Shown here: piece after piece, positions 9,013 to 18,935 of the stretch | Layout of the letters: every line of letters begins with the position of its first letter | How positions within the stretch are numbered: the stretch's first letter is position 1 | Source: Gammaproteobacteria bacterium | GTDB lineage: Bacteria; Pseudomonadota; Gammaproteobacteria; CAJXQU01 | Assembly: GCA_026984775.1 (NCBI GenBank) | Contig: JALSRM010000069.1 | Coordinates: 28,939 to 92,938, forward strand | Direction of reading: 5' to 3' | DNA length: 64,000 nt | The notes under the pieces: generated by a model | Database searches by the model: none | Told to the model about the DNA's origin: nothing | The model's input: the letters and a program-made list of their open reading frames with translations, nothing else | Made by a program: the position numbers and the translations under genes

Positions 9013-10884
9013 TTATCTACGTGCTTTCCGTTTCATTCTGTTGAACAGTGCCATACCAATCGCCAGCAGGCCGATCAGAATTGGTATCAAGCCAATATTG
9101 TAAAACTTCAACCTGTTACCAAGTTGTTCAATACTTTTGTTGAGATCATGTTGGACATTTCGTAATTCCTTGCGTGTCTTGATCTGCTCCTGTTGGAAGT
9201 TTTCGATCGCCTTGCGTTGTTCGGGACTGAGCAAAACACCACCTTTCTCGGAACTCTGGAACTGCAGCTGGCTGATCTTCTCTTCGGTTTCCTTTAGCTT
9301 GGCTTGAAGGGCCTGTTCTCGTGCACGAAACTTCTTCTCGGCTTCCAGTTTTAATTCCTCGACCTTGGTGAACGGTCGTGCATACTGACTGCGACTACGC
9401 AAACTGATCAAATCCTTATTACCACCCAGAACATCGATACTGTTAAGCAAGAATTTCGCATTGTCAGCATGCGGACGTGGCACCCGTTGTCCCATAAAAT
9501 TCTGGAATTGCACCCAGAAGCGATCAGTAAGAATATCAGTATCTGCCACCACGACGATATTGATATCCTCTTTTGACTCCTGGACAAAGGTTGGATCCTT
9601 TTCATCGGACGCAGGCCGTCCTTCTGGATAGGCGGTCTCCACCTTGCCTGTGATTCGTGCAGCAATCACCAGTTCCTTGCCACCCGGTTTGAACTGATCT
9701 ACGAGTACCGAAGGATCCCGTACAAACATAATCGCATCCCTTTCGTAGGGCATGGATTTTTTACTGGTAAAGATCAGTGGTGTAAACGTTGTCTTGGCAT
9801 CTTTCACAGGTTCAAGAAAGCCAGCCGTACCAAGATTGATCAACTGGAGCTGGTTGGTTGAGAAATCATCTTTGTTGAAATGTTCCGGCCCCAGTCTCAA
9901 CCAGGGAATATAGGCAATTTCCTTCGGCCCACGTGGATTTCTTGACTGGACTCTGATCGAGGCATCAAGATCGCCTGCAATTTTTTCTGGATTGAATTCG
10001 ATACCCCATTTATCAAACAGTACTGGCATTTCTGAAAAAATCTGAGGCATGACCATCTGGTTGGTTGGATCGGGCATGGTTTGGTCCGATTCTGCCATGG
10101 GATCGACAAAGATCATCGCCTTTCCACCCTTGAGAATGAACTGGTCGATGGCGTAGAGGGTTTTATCCTTGAGTTTCTTCGGGTGAATCACCAGCAAGGT
10201 ATCGATCTCGGGCTCGATGTAACCTACCCTGACGCCAAGATCTCGCACCTGATATTCACTGCGAAGCATGTCGATAACCGCCCAGGCAGATGAGACTGGA
10301 CGTCCATCCGGCCCATTCTGGCCAAAAACTGGCAGACTGCTGATCACACCGATCACCCGATCTTTCGGATTGGCGAGTTGATAGACCATCTTGGTCAGAT
10401 CATATTCCAGCGACTGTTCCTTTTCCGGCTGAAAAAAGGGAATCGTGATCTCGTCATCCGTGGTGTTGGTACCAACCAGGCCGAAATAGGCATGTTCTCC
10501 ATTACCTCCCATCGGAAGAGGGTGCAGCCCATAACTAACAGCCTCATCTTCAAGATCAGAAAAGGGTTCTGGTTCTGCTACGATCAGCTTTATTTTGCCA
10601 TTTGCAGCTTTTGTGTATTCCTCCAGCATGTCACGCACCCGCGTACCATAGTTCCTCAGGGTTGGAATATCGTTGAGCAACTTGTTGGAAAAATAAAAAC
10701 GCAGTGTGATGGGTTCTTTCAGATCATGGAGAATGTTCTGCGTTCCCTTGGACAGGGTAAACAGTTTGTTCTCAGTCATATCCAACCGCCAGGACGTCAA
10801 TGTGCCACTGACAAGAATGTTAACCGCGAGAAATAGTACTATCGCAAGTCCGAGACTGATTAATGTGATGACCTTCTTACTCAT
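9013..10884 (-). CDS. GldG-family ABC transporter auxiliary component (GIFT domain)
   Basis: RLDMTENKLFTLSKGT, EYDLTK, YAIDQFILKGGKAMIFVDP, VVADTDIL, NAKFLLNSID; N- and C-terminal TM helices and a coiled coil. Confidence 0.9.
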   Translation of the reverse strand: MSKKVITLISLGLAIVLFLAVNILVSGTLTSWRLDMTENKLFTLSKGTQNILHDLKEPITLRFYFSNKLLNDIPTLRNYGTRVRDMLEEYTKAANGKIKLIVAEPEPFSDLEDEAVSYGLHPLPMGGNGEHAYFGLVGTNTTDDEITIPFFQPEKEQSLEYDLTKMVYQLANPKDRVIGVISSLPVFGQNGPDGRPVSSAWAVIDMLRSEYQVRDLGVRVGYIEPEIDTLLVIHPKKLKDKTLYAIDQFILKGGKAMIFVDPMAESDQTMPDPTNQMVMPQIFSEMPVLFDKWGIEFNPEKIAGDLDASIRVQSRNPRGPKEIAYIPWLRLGPEHFNKDDFSTNQLQLINLGTAGFLEPVKDAKTTFTPLIFTSKKSMPYERDAIMFVRDPSVLVDQFKPGGKELVIAARITGKVETAYPEGRPASDEKDPTFVQESKEDINIVVVADTDILTDRFWVQFQNFMGQRVPRPHADNAKFLLNSIDVLGGNKDLISLRSRSQYARPFTKVEELKLEAEKKFRAREQALQAKLKETEEKISQLQFQSSEKGGVLLSPEQRKAIENFQQEQIKTRKELRNVQHDLNKSIEQLGNRLKFYNIGLIPILIGLLAIGMALFNRMKRKARR

Positions 10885-10887
10885 GGT

Positions 10888-11637
10888 TTAACTTGCCTTC
10901 TTAGTATCGATTGCGAGCGTATTGAGATACAGCCACAGTATGATCAACGATGCAAAAAAGATGATGTCGCGGAGATCGATCACCCCTTTCATGATGGAAT
11001 TGAAATGGCTCAGAAAACTGAACGAACTGATCGCATCCAGTATGGACTGAGGTGCCCAGCCACGGAAGAAATCCAGTACCAGTGGGAACCCGCTGAGAAT
11101 AAACAGAAAACAGATCACAACACTGATAACAAAGGCAATTACCTGATTTTTCGTCAGTGCAGAGATACAGGAACCAATGGCGAGAAAACCACCTGCCATC
11201 AACAGACTGCCGATATAGCTGACCAAAATGACCGTGTTATCAGGATCACCGAGGTAATTGACTGTGATCCAAATGGGAAATGTAAGCGCCAAGGCAATCG
11301 CGGTAAAGAACCATGCAGCAAGATATTTTCCAATTACTGCCTCGGTCAAAGTGACGGGTAGAGTCATCAGCAGTTCAATCGTCCCAGTCTTGCGTTCTTC
11401 TGACCACAAGCGCATGGAAATCGCTGGAATAAGAAACAGGTAGAGCCACGGATGAAAGCTGAAGAACGGGATCAAATCCGCCTGATTGCTTTCGTAAAAA
11501 CCACCGATATAAAAAGTAAAGATACCGGTCAGAAAAAGAAAAATTACAATAAAAACATAAGCAACGGGGGTTGAGAAATAGGCCTTGAGCTCACGCCTGA
11601 AAATGGCCCCAACATTGTTCAAGAAAGAACTGCTCAT
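10888..11637 (-). CDS. GldF-like ABC-2 permease
   Basis: IFRRELKAYFSTPVAY, PAISMRLWSEERKTGTIELLMTLP, SALTKNQVIAF; about 6 TM helices; ATGA overlap with the ATPase. Confidence 0.9.
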   Translation of the reverse strand: MSSSFLNNVGAIFRRELKAYFSTPVAYVFIVIFLFLTGIFTFYIGGFYESNQADLIPFFSFHPWLYLFLIPAISMRLWSEERKTGTIELLMTLPVTLTEAVIGKYLAAWFFTAIALALTFPIWITVNYLGDPDNTVILVSYIGSLLMAGGFLAIGSCISALTKNQVIAFVISVVICFLFILSGFPLVLDFFRGWAPQSILDAISSFSFLSHFNSIMKGVIDLRDIIFFASLIILWLYLNTLAIDTKKAS

Positions 11638-12611
11638 GTCAGATGCTCCTCTTCTGTCAGTTTATCCGGCGCTCCGATGGTGACGTCCCGGAATACCTCG
11701 TCAATACGGCCCGTTTCAACCATCAATTGACTGATCTCCCAACCCTTCTCATGTGCCAAATCACTGATGGTTGCAACGATACTCTGCCCATCCTTCGGGA
11801 TGATCAGCAGTTGTGACAAACCGGCAGGCAATTCTTCGATCTCTACTGACAATACACTGGGGAGGTCTAAAAGCACCATCCGTGCAGCTTCACATTGCCC
11901 TGTATTCATTACCAACGCTACTGCATTGTGGTATTTCGATTTCGCGATCAGTTCAGTCGGAGTTCCGTCAAACAACAGTTTGCCCTTGGCTATAATGATG
12001 GCACGATCACAAACGGCATCGACCTCTTCGAGAATGTGAGTGGAGATGATAATCGCCTTGTCTTTTGCCATTTCCTTGATCAGTGTTCTAACTTCGTGCT
12101 TCTGATTGGGATCAAGCCCATCCGTTGGCTCGTCCATGATCAGGACTTCTGGATCGTGAAGTATGGCCTGGGCCATGCCTACCCTTCGCTTAAAGCCTTT
12201 TGAAAGCGTCTCGATCGGCTGTTCCATCACTCCTTCAATATGGATTTTCTTCACCACATCATCGATCCGCTCCTTCCGGTTACTCCCTTTGAGACCACGA
12301 ATATCCGCAATGAAATTGAGAAAGGAACGCGGTGTCATTTCTCCGTAGGCAGGTGCACCCTCCGGCAGATAACCCAAGACCCGTTTTGCTGCGATTGGCT
12401 CTTCACGAACGTCATGACCACACAGGCTAACCGTCCCCCGGGTTGGTTCGAGAAAACCAGTGATCATTTTCATGGTTGTCGATTTACCGGCACCGTTAGG
12501 GCCCAAAAAGCCGAGAACCTCACCACGCCTGACGGTGAAGGAAACATTGTCCACCGCACGTAGTGAACCGAAATCCTTGACAAGATTATTAACTTCTATC
12601 GCATTTTCCAT
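11634..12611 (-). CDS. GldA-like ABC transporter ATP-binding protein
   Basis: Walker A GPNGAGKST, signature LSKGF, Walker B IMDEPTDGLDP, H-loop STH. Confidence 0.92.
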   Translation of the reverse strand: MENAIEVNNLVKDFGSLRAVDNVSFTVRRGEVLGFLGPNGAGKSTTMKMITGFLEPTRGTVSLCGHDVREEPIAAKRVLGYLPEGAPAYGEMTPRSFLNFIADIRGLKGSNRKERIDDVVKKIHIEGVMEQPIETLSKGFKRRVGMAQAILHDPEVLIMDEPTDGLDPNQKHEVRTLIKEMAKDKAIIISTHILEEVDAVCDRAIIIAKGKLLFDGTPTELIAKSKYHNAVALVMNTGQCEAARMVLLDLPSVLSVEIEELPAGLSQLLIIPKDGQSIVATISDLAHEKGWEISQLMVETGRIDEVFRDVTIGAPDKLTEEEHLT

Positions 12612-12740
12612 AAGGGTAATGTAGGCAATTATTATATTTAGCCAGATTCGTTCTTATTTTTGCCGGCAGTTTAAGAGGCGCATTATTTTCCACACAAAAA
12701 AATTGCCGTCAATATACACAGTGAGTAACGACAACTATAC

Positions 12741-14120
12741 TCAGGAATTGTTCCGGGCTGGCATAAAACGGATTGCCAGAACGATCAATAAAATAACCGG
12801 TAGACCCAGCAATGCCGTTCCAGCAAAGAACCTTGCATAACCGATGTTGTCAACAACCAGTCCAGAAAACCCGGCGATAAACTTCGGCAACAGCAACATT
12901 ATTGAGCTGAACAGCGCATATTGTGTTGCCGAATACGCAACGTTCGTCAAGCTGGACATGTAGGCAACAAATGCAGCGGTTGCAATCCCGGCACTGAAAT
13001 TATCAAACGATATCACGCCAGCCAGCCACCAGATGTTATGTCCAATGCCGGCAAGGAGAGAAAACAGCAAATTACTTCCAGCGGAGAGTATAGCACCCAG
13101 CATCAGGATTGGCATAACGCCCCAACGCACAATCATCATACCACCCGCCCCGGCCCCCACGATGGTCATGACCACACCATACACCTTGGTAATACTGGCA
13201 ACCTCACCCTTGGTGAACCCCATGTCGTAATAAAAGGGGTTGGCCATGATGCCAAGAACAACATCCGAAATACGATAGGTTCCGATCAGAAACAGAATCA
13301 CAACCGCCCGCCAACGGTAACGTTTCAGGAAGTCCCAAAAAGGGCTGATGATTGCATCCAAAAACCAACTCAGAAATGCGGTGATCGATTGCGGAAGTTG
13401 TGGGTATCGAGCCATCCAGACAGCAAATTTTTTTCTGCGACGCTCCACATCCTCACTGATGCTGACCTCGGGTTCGGAGATCATGAACGTCGTAACGATA
13501 CCGACCAACATGCAACAGGCCATGCAAAGATATGCGATTTTCCATGGTCGCTGCTCATAACTCGATTCACCGGGATCAAACCACGCAGCTATAGCCAGTG
13601 CTCCCGCCGATGCCAAGATCATCGCCAAACGGTAACCCGTCATATAACTTGCTGACATCGCACCTTGCAACTTCTCTGGTACAGCTTCGATACGGTAGGC
13701 ATCGAGGCTAATATCCTGAGTAGCTGAGGCAAAGGCAACGGCCAGCGCAAACAGCGCCATTAACCTTAGATCAACAGCAGGATCGGTGGTTGCCATTCCG
13801 ACCAAACCTATGAAAATAGCCACTTGGGAAAACAACAGCCAGCTCCTTCGCCGGCCCAAAACTCTACTCAACAAAGGTAAAGGCATACGATCGACCAATG
13901 GCGACCAGCACCATTTCAATGCATAGGCAAGACCAATCCAACTGAAAAAACCTATTGTCGTGCGAGATATTCCTGCTTCCCGCAACCAAAAAGAGAGCGT
14001 ACCGAAGACAAGCAGAAGAGGTAGTCCTGCCGAAAACCCGAGAAACAGCATGCCAACGACACGAGGATTTTTATAGATTGAAAAGGCTTCGCGCCATCTG
14101 CGTATTGTAAGAAGACCCAT
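12741..14120 (-). CDS. ampG: Muropeptide MFS permease AmpG (start taken at ATG 14120; the ORF track starts at TTG 14153)
   Basis: FLGFSAGLPLLLVFGTLSFWL, KWCWSPLVD, GRRRSW, SATQDISLDAYRIE, YSATQYALFSS. Confidence 0.92.
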   Translation of the reverse strand: MGLLTIRRWREAFSIYKNPRVVGMLFLGFSAGLPLLLVFGTLSFWLREAGISRTTIGFFSWIGLAYALKWCWSPLVDRMPLPLLSRVLGRRRSWLLFSQVAIFIGLVGMATTDPAVDLRLMALFALAVAFASATQDISLDAYRIEAVPEKLQGAMSASYMTGYRLAMILASAGALAIAAWFDPGESSYEQRPWKIAYLCMACCMLVGIVTTFMISEPEVSISEDVERRRKKFAVWMARYPQLPQSITAFLSWFLDAIISPFWDFLKRYRWRAVVILFLIGTYRISDVVLGIMANPFYYDMGFTKGEVASITKVYGVVMTIVGAGAGGMMIVRWGVMPILMLGAILSAGSNLLFSLLAGIGHNIWWLAGVISFDNFSAGIATAAFVAYMSSLTNVAYSATQYALFSSIMLLLPKFIAGFSGLVVDNIGYARFFAGTALLGLPVILLIVLAIRFMPARNNS

Positions 14121-14267
14121 GATGTTCGCATCATAATCGAAACCCGCCCCCAAACACTACAGAACCCCATTGAAACAAATTGTCAAAATTTTGTCTCTCC
14201 GGTTGAAAATACTGTAGTTTAGCCATAGACTTGTCCCCGTACTCATCAACTAAAAGGAAGAAAGAAC

Positions 14268-15014
14268 ATGAAAAGGACTTTTTTAACTGGGCTTGCTCTA
14301 GCCACACTTATTGCATCAGGCACTGCTTCTGCAGAATATGATCTTGAAGACAACTATATCGGTGGCAGCGATCCACGTGATGTCATTGGGTCAGATGCCA
14401 TTTTCAATACCCTGGGGCTCAATGCTTCAATTACAGGCTCAATCCTCAATGTTGATATCTATACCAACTTCGCTGGGTATGGTGACAACGGTCTCTATTC
14501 TGGTATAACAAATACAGAAGCCAGCGGCTGGGGTAACGGTATAGGCTATGGTGACCTGTTCCTGTCATCTGCCGGTTCCATTGGTGAATGGGAATACGGT
14601 TTTTCTCTCGATAATCGCTGGAGCGAAACAGGGGGATCGGGAAGTCTCTACCTGCTGAATGGACCCAATTTCCTCTACAGTGACGACTTCATCTCTACTT
14701 CAGGTGGTTATCGTACTGGTCATGAAGTCGCCGTTGATACCAGTGCTGCCGATGTTGAAATGGTTGGATACGGCAGCTGGTCCGTCGATAAAAACAATGG
14801 AGTCATCAGCTTTGCCATCCAGATGGAAGATACTGGACTGCCTTACGATAACGGCTTTACATTTGGTTGGGGCATGACCTGTGCCAACGACGTAATACAG
14901 GGTACGGTAGAAATGGATAATTCTGTCGATGTTCCTGAACCCGGCGCCCTCGGGCTTGTGGGTATCGGTTTGATTGGTACATTGGTTGGCCGACGCCGTA
15001 GAAAGGCTGTCTGA
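14268..15014 (+). CDS. PEP-CTERM sorting domain-containing surface protein
   Basis: Signal peptide (ASA|E); acidic Gly/Ser-rich body with GDLFL and WGMTCANDVIQG; C-terminal VPEPG + TM helix + RRRRK. Confidence 0.93.
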   Translation: MKRTFLTGLALATLIASGTASAEYDLEDNYIGGSDPRDVIGSDAIFNTLGLNASITGSILNVDIYTNFAGYGDNGLYSGITNTEASGWGNGIGYGDLFLSSAGSIGEWEYGFSLDNRWSETGGSGSLYLLNGPNFLYSDDFISTSGGYRTGHEVAVDTSAADVEMVGYGSWSVDKNNGVISFAIQMEDTGLPYDNGFTFGWGMTCANDVIQGTVEMDNSVDVPEPGALGLVGIGLIGTLVGRRRRKAV

Positions 15015-15072
15015 TCAGGATCACCTCAATTTATAAGGTCTCTGATTACGTCTTGATTTAAAGACTCCTGTT

Positions 15073-15116
15073 AAAAGAACCGCTGCCTGGCAGTCTGCTA
15101 GGTGGCGGTTTTCTTT
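15073..15116. terminator. Probable bidirectional intrinsic terminator between the convergent PEP-CTERM gene and tsaD
   Basis: AACCGCTGCCTGGCAG / CTGCTAGGTGGCGGTT inverted repeat (with G-U pairs), flanked by AAAAG and TTTTCTTT. Confidence 0.7.
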
Positions 15117-15154
15117 GTTGCAGAAATCGCCCTGATCAGAATGTGAATAGGCCA

Positions 15155-16177
15155 TCAGGAATTCTCCGGGAGATGTGCTGGTGGCTGCAACTCATCTAGA
15201 GACCAGCGAGGTCTGGCACCAAAACTCAATCCTTTTTGCTCACCAGCCACGAGCCTGATCGCTCCAGCATAGGCAATCATCGCACCATTATCAGTACAAA
15301 ACTCCAGCCGCGGATAAAAAACATCAGCTTCTAGATCACGAAAACGAGCCCGAAGTTGTCTGTTAGCGCTTACTCCGCCTGCAACCACAAGGTGTCGTAG
15401 GCCAGTCTGCTGTATTGCTCGCTGGCATTTTATGAACAGAGTGTCGAACACTGCCTCAGAGAATGCTCTGGCAATGTCTGCCTTAGTCTGTTGATCCTGC
15501 CTCGACTCTTCCCAGGTATTCTTCGCGAAGGTCTTCAATCCACTGAAACTGAAATCAAGTCCGGGACGATTAATCATGGGCCGGGGAAAATTGTAGATAC
15601 CTGCGTGACCTTCTCTTGCAATTTTTTCGATTACAGGCCCTCCCGGATATCCCAGACCGAGCAGTTTCGCAGTCTTGTCGAAAGCCTCACCCACCGCATC
15701 ATCCAGAGACTCTCCCATAATTGTGTATCGCCCCACGGCTTCTACTTTAACCAGTTGTGTATGTCCACCTGAGACCAAGAGAGCGATAAAGGGAAACTTT
15801 GGCTTCTCCTCTTCAAGCATACATGCAAGCAGATGACCTTCCATGTGGTGGATTCCGACGGCAGGGATCTGCAAACTCCAGGAAAGCCCATGAGCAACAG
15901 AAATACCTACCAACAGAGCGCCTACCAACCCCGGTCCTTCAGTATAGGCTATTCCATCAATCGCGTTGAAGTGAATGTTCGCTTCGTCGGAAACCTCTTT
16001 TATCAAAGGTACAATCCTTCTGATATGGTCACGGGATGCCAACTCCGGAACAACACCACCGAAGTGAGCATGCATATCTACCTGACTGAACAGGGCGTGA
16101 GATAACAAGCCTTGATCGGTATCATAAATAGCAACCCCTGTCTCGTCGCAGGATGTTTCAATACCTAAAATGCGCAT
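15155..16177 (-). CDS. tsaD: tRNA N6-adenosine threonylcarbamoyltransferase
   Basis: [53 protein letters not shown]; divergent from rpsU. Confidence 0.98.
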   Translation of the reverse strand: MRILGIETSCDETGVAIYDTDQGLLSHALFSQVDMHAHFGGVVPELASRDHIRRIVPLIKEVSDEANIHFNAIDGIAYTEGPGLVGALLVGISVAHGLSWSLQIPAVGIHHMEGHLLACMLEEEKPKFPFIALLVSGGHTQLVKVEAVGRYTIMGESLDDAVGEAFDKTAKLLGLGYPGGPVIEKIAREGHAGIYNFPRPMINRPGLDFSFSGLKTFAKNTWEESRQDQQTKADIARAFSEAVFDTLFIKCQRAIQQTGLRHLVVAGGVSANRQLRARFRDLEADVFYPRLEFCTDNGAMIAYAGAIRLVAGEQKGLSFGARPRWSLDELQPPAHLPENS

Positions 16178-16182
16178 ACTCT

Positions 16183-16211
16183 TTGCTTTTCTCCTCTTTA
16201 GCCACTAGAAT
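16183..16211 (+). promoter_or_regulatory. sigma70 promoter of rpsU with GC-rich discriminator
   Basis: TTGCTT-17 bp-TAGAAT followed by AATGCGCC. Confidence 0.6.
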
Positions 16212-16265
16212 AATGCGCCTTTTCATCTTTGTGAAACTTTATTTTTAGACTAACAGGAATAACGA

Positions 16266-16481
16266 ATGCCATCAGTTAAGGTAAGAGAAAACGAACCTTT
16301 TGACATTGCACTGCGCCGCTTCAAACGTGCGTGCGAGAAAGCGGGTATCCTTGCGGAAGTCCACCGCCGTGAATTCTATGAGAAACCCGCACAGGAAAGA
16401 AAACGTAAAGCTGCTGCTGCGATCAAACGCTGGCAGAAAAAGGCCTCCAGAAACAGCCTGCAAAGAAAACGCTTGTACTAA
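16266..16481 (+). CDS. rpsU: 30S ribosomal protein S21
   Basis: [21 protein letters not shown]...REFYEKP. Confidence 0.98.
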   Translation: MPSVKVRENEPFDIALRRFKRACEKAGILAEVHRREFYEKPAQERKRKAAAAIKRWQKKASRNSLQRKRLY

Positions 16482-16497
16482 GCGACAGTCCAACACA

Positions 16498-16950
16498 ATG
16501 ACCTGTGAACTGAAGCAACGTCTAAATGATGACGTCAAAGTCGCCATGCGTGCCAAAGACAAAACGCGCCTTGGTGTTCTGCGTCTGATCACTGCTGCCA
16601 TCAAACAGAGAGAGGTCGATGAGCGTATCGAGCTTGATGATACCGGTATCACTGCAATTCTGGACAAAATGGCCAAACAGCGCCGTGAGTCTATAGAACA
16701 GTATGAAAAAGCCGCACGCCAGGATCTGGCTGATCAGGAAAAATTTGAGCTGGAAATTATTACATCCTATTTGCCCGAACCACTTACAGAAGCAGAGATC
16801 CAGCAGATGATAGAGAACGTGATCACTAACACTGGTGCGTCAGAAATGAAAGACATGGGCAAGGTCATGGCCGCACTCAAACCTGAACTGCAGGGCCGTG
16901 CCGACATGGCACAGGTCAGTTCACTGATCAAACAACGCCTAAGTCGCTAA
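16498..16950 (+). CDS. GatB/YqeY domain protein
   Basis: True start is ATG 16498 (MTCELKQRLNDDVKVAMRAKDK...KQRRESIEQY...GRADM); conserved position between rpsU and dnaG. Confidence 0.93.
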   Translation: MTCELKQRLNDDVKVAMRAKDKTRLGVLRLITAAIKQREVDERIELDDTGITAILDKMAKQRRESIEQYEKAARQDLADQEKFELEIITSYLPEPLTEAEIQQMIENVITNTGASEMKDMGKVMAALKPELQGRADMAQVSSLIKQRLSR

Positions 16951-16992
16951 CAATCATTCTCCTCTCTATGGCATAGCGGTTATACTGGCGCT

Positions 16993-18759
16993 ATGGCTGG
17001 CCTCATACCCCAGGATTTTATCGACGACCTGTTGAGTCGGACCGACATCGTTGATGTCATCGGCGACTACGTCCAGCTGCGCAAGGCAGGCAAGGACTTT
17101 CAAGGGCTCTGTCCATTCCATACTGAAAAAACACCCTCTTTCACCGTCAGCCAACTTAAACAGTTTTATCACTGCTTTGGCTGTGGGGCAAACGGTTCCG
17201 TGATTGGTTTTCTCATGGATTACAATCATCTCGATTTTGTCGAAGCCATCAAGGAATTGGCATCCCGAGCTGGAATGGAGCTTCCTGAAAATAACGAAAT
17301 TGGGAGAAAGCGTCCTGATAATGAGCCAATCTATAGCCTTCTTGAAGACGCAGCCCGTTTTTTCTCTCTCCAACTCCGTCAGCATCCGCAAAAAGAGCGC
17401 GCTGTCCATTATCTCAAAAATCGCGGCCTGACCGGAAAAATTGCGGCCATGTACAGAATAGGATTCGCTCCCCCTGGCTGGGACAACCTGCTGAAGACGA
17501 TAGGGAAGTCTTCTGAACACCTTGACCTTCTGCAACGTGCTGGTTTGACCATAGAAAAAGAGGGTAATGATAAAAGCGAAAAACACTACTATGACCGCTT
17601 TCGTGATCGCATCATGTTCCCAATCCAAGACTACAAAGGAAGGGTTATCGGCTTTGGGGGGCGTATCATCGATCAGGGAGAACCAAAATATCTCAATTGC
17701 CCAGAAACACCTGTTTTCCATAAGGGACGCGAGCTCTACGGTCTCTATGAGGCCCGAAAGTATTGCCGTGATCTGGATCGGATTCTGGTCGTGGAAGGCT
17801 ATATGGATGTTGTCGCGCTTGCCCAGTATGATCTCCAGAACACTGTTGCAACACTGGGCACAGCGATAACCAGTGATCACATCCAGCGTCTGTTCAAGAC
17901 AACATCCGAGATCGTTTATTGTTTTGATGGCGACAATGCTGGCCGGCGTGCTGCCTGGAAGGCACTCGAACTGTCGTTGCCTCTGCTTAAGGAGGGTCGT
18001 GCTGTCCAATTTTTGTTTCTGCCCGAAGGTGAAGATCCAGACAGTATGGTTCGTTCCCGCGGGAAAGACTTTTTCGAAAACAGGGAAAACTTCACCTCCC
18101 TGTCCGACTTTCTTTTTACTACACTGCTGCAAGACGTTGATATTCATCGCCTTGAAGGCCGTGCCCGTCTCGTCGACCTGGCCAAACCCCTCATCGCAAG
18201 GCTGCCTCAAGGGGCTTTGCGATCTCTGATGCAGCAGCAATTGAGCGAACTTTCACGACTGACGACAGACCAGATCCGCCAGCTCGTACCACCACCCTAT
18301 CCTGAAGTTGAAAAACCGAAACCTGTTCAGCGGTCCACGACTCGCCGTCATCGCCGTCTGACACGTTCCCTGGTCGAGCAGGCAATCCATATTCTTCTGA
18401 ATTACCCACACTTTGCACTCGAGATCGAATTTCCCATGGAACTCGAAGAACTCACCGATCCCCACTTGCCTTTAATCCAGGAACTTATTGGGCTGATTTC
18501 AGACAAACCGGATATCACGACAGGGCAGCTTCTGGAACACTGGCGAAACAAAAAAGTCTATCCAACTTTGGCAGAATTGGTGATGGCAAGGAAGGAACTA
18601 CCCGAGTCTGCAATCAAAACCGAATATGAGGGTATTCTTCAGGGTTTGAAAAATCACCTTCTAAAGCAGCGGCGTTCAGCCGTGATTCAAACCTCCAATG
18701 GCAAGATTACCGAACAAATCAAGGATGTCTTTAGACGAAAGAAACAGGATCAGGGCTAA
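16993..18759 (+). CDS. dnaG: DNA primase
   Basis: CPFH...CFGC zinc finger, DRFRDRIMFPI, PKYLN, EGYMDV, FDGDNAG, DPD. Confidence 0.98.
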   Translation: MAGLIPQDFIDDLLSRTDIVDVIGDYVQLRKAGKDFQGLCPFHTEKTPSFTVSQLKQFYHCFGCGANGSVIGFLMDYNHLDFVEAIKELASRAGMELPENNEIGRKRPDNEPIYSLLEDAARFFSLQLRQHPQKERAVHYLKNRGLTGKIAAMYRIGFAPPGWDNLLKTIGKSSEHLDLLQRAGLTIEKEGNDKSEKHYYDRFRDRIMFPIQDYKGRVIGFGGRIIDQGEPKYLNCPETPVFHKGRELYGLYEARKYCRDLDRILVVEGYMDVVALAQYDLQNTVATLGTAITSDHIQRLFKTTSEIVYCFDGDNAGRRAAWKALELSLPLLKEGRAVQFLFLPEGEDPDSMVRSRGKDFFENRENFTSLSDFLFTTLLQDVDIHRLEGRARLVDLAKPLIARLPQGALRSLMQQQLSELSRLTTDQIRQLVPPPYPEVEKPKPVQRSTTRRHRRLTRSLVEQAIHILLNYPHFALEIEFPMELEELTDPHLPLIQELIGLISDKPDITTGQLLEHWRNKKVYPTLAELVMARKELPESAIKTEYEGILQGLKNHLLKQRRSAVIQTSNGKITEQIKDVFRRKKQDQG

Positions 18760-18935
18760 AAAGCCCTACTCTCGCAGAGTCGGATTATTTATTGTATAAT
18801 TAATAATTTGTGTCAGCTATGATCCTGGCGAGAATCAGGAGTTGATACTACACTTAATTGGTAATCGGCTCAGATAGTTACGAACAAACTCGTACTAACA
18901 TTTTTATTTTCAACATCAGACATTGAAGAGTATTA

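Noticed and set aside
12921..13655. 244-aa antisense ORF
   Set aside because: Shadow of ampG; His/Gln/Arg-rich composition typical of the reverse frame of a hydrophobic protein.
14180..14235. Possible PrsR enhancer and sigma54 site upstream of the PEP-CTERM gene (TGTCAAAATTTTGTC; TAGCCATAGACTTGT)
   Set aside because: Both invariant dinucleotides of the -24/-12 motif are mismatched (AG, GT) and the palindrome is short and AT-rich.
16300..16497. N-terminal extension of the YqeY ORF overlapping rpsU
   Set aside because: Homology starts at ATG 16498; the extension is an alternative frame of rpsU.
16966..18240. 424-aa antisense ORF
   Set aside because: Lies almost entirely opposite dnaG and has no recognisable motifs; explained by codon bias of the sense gene.
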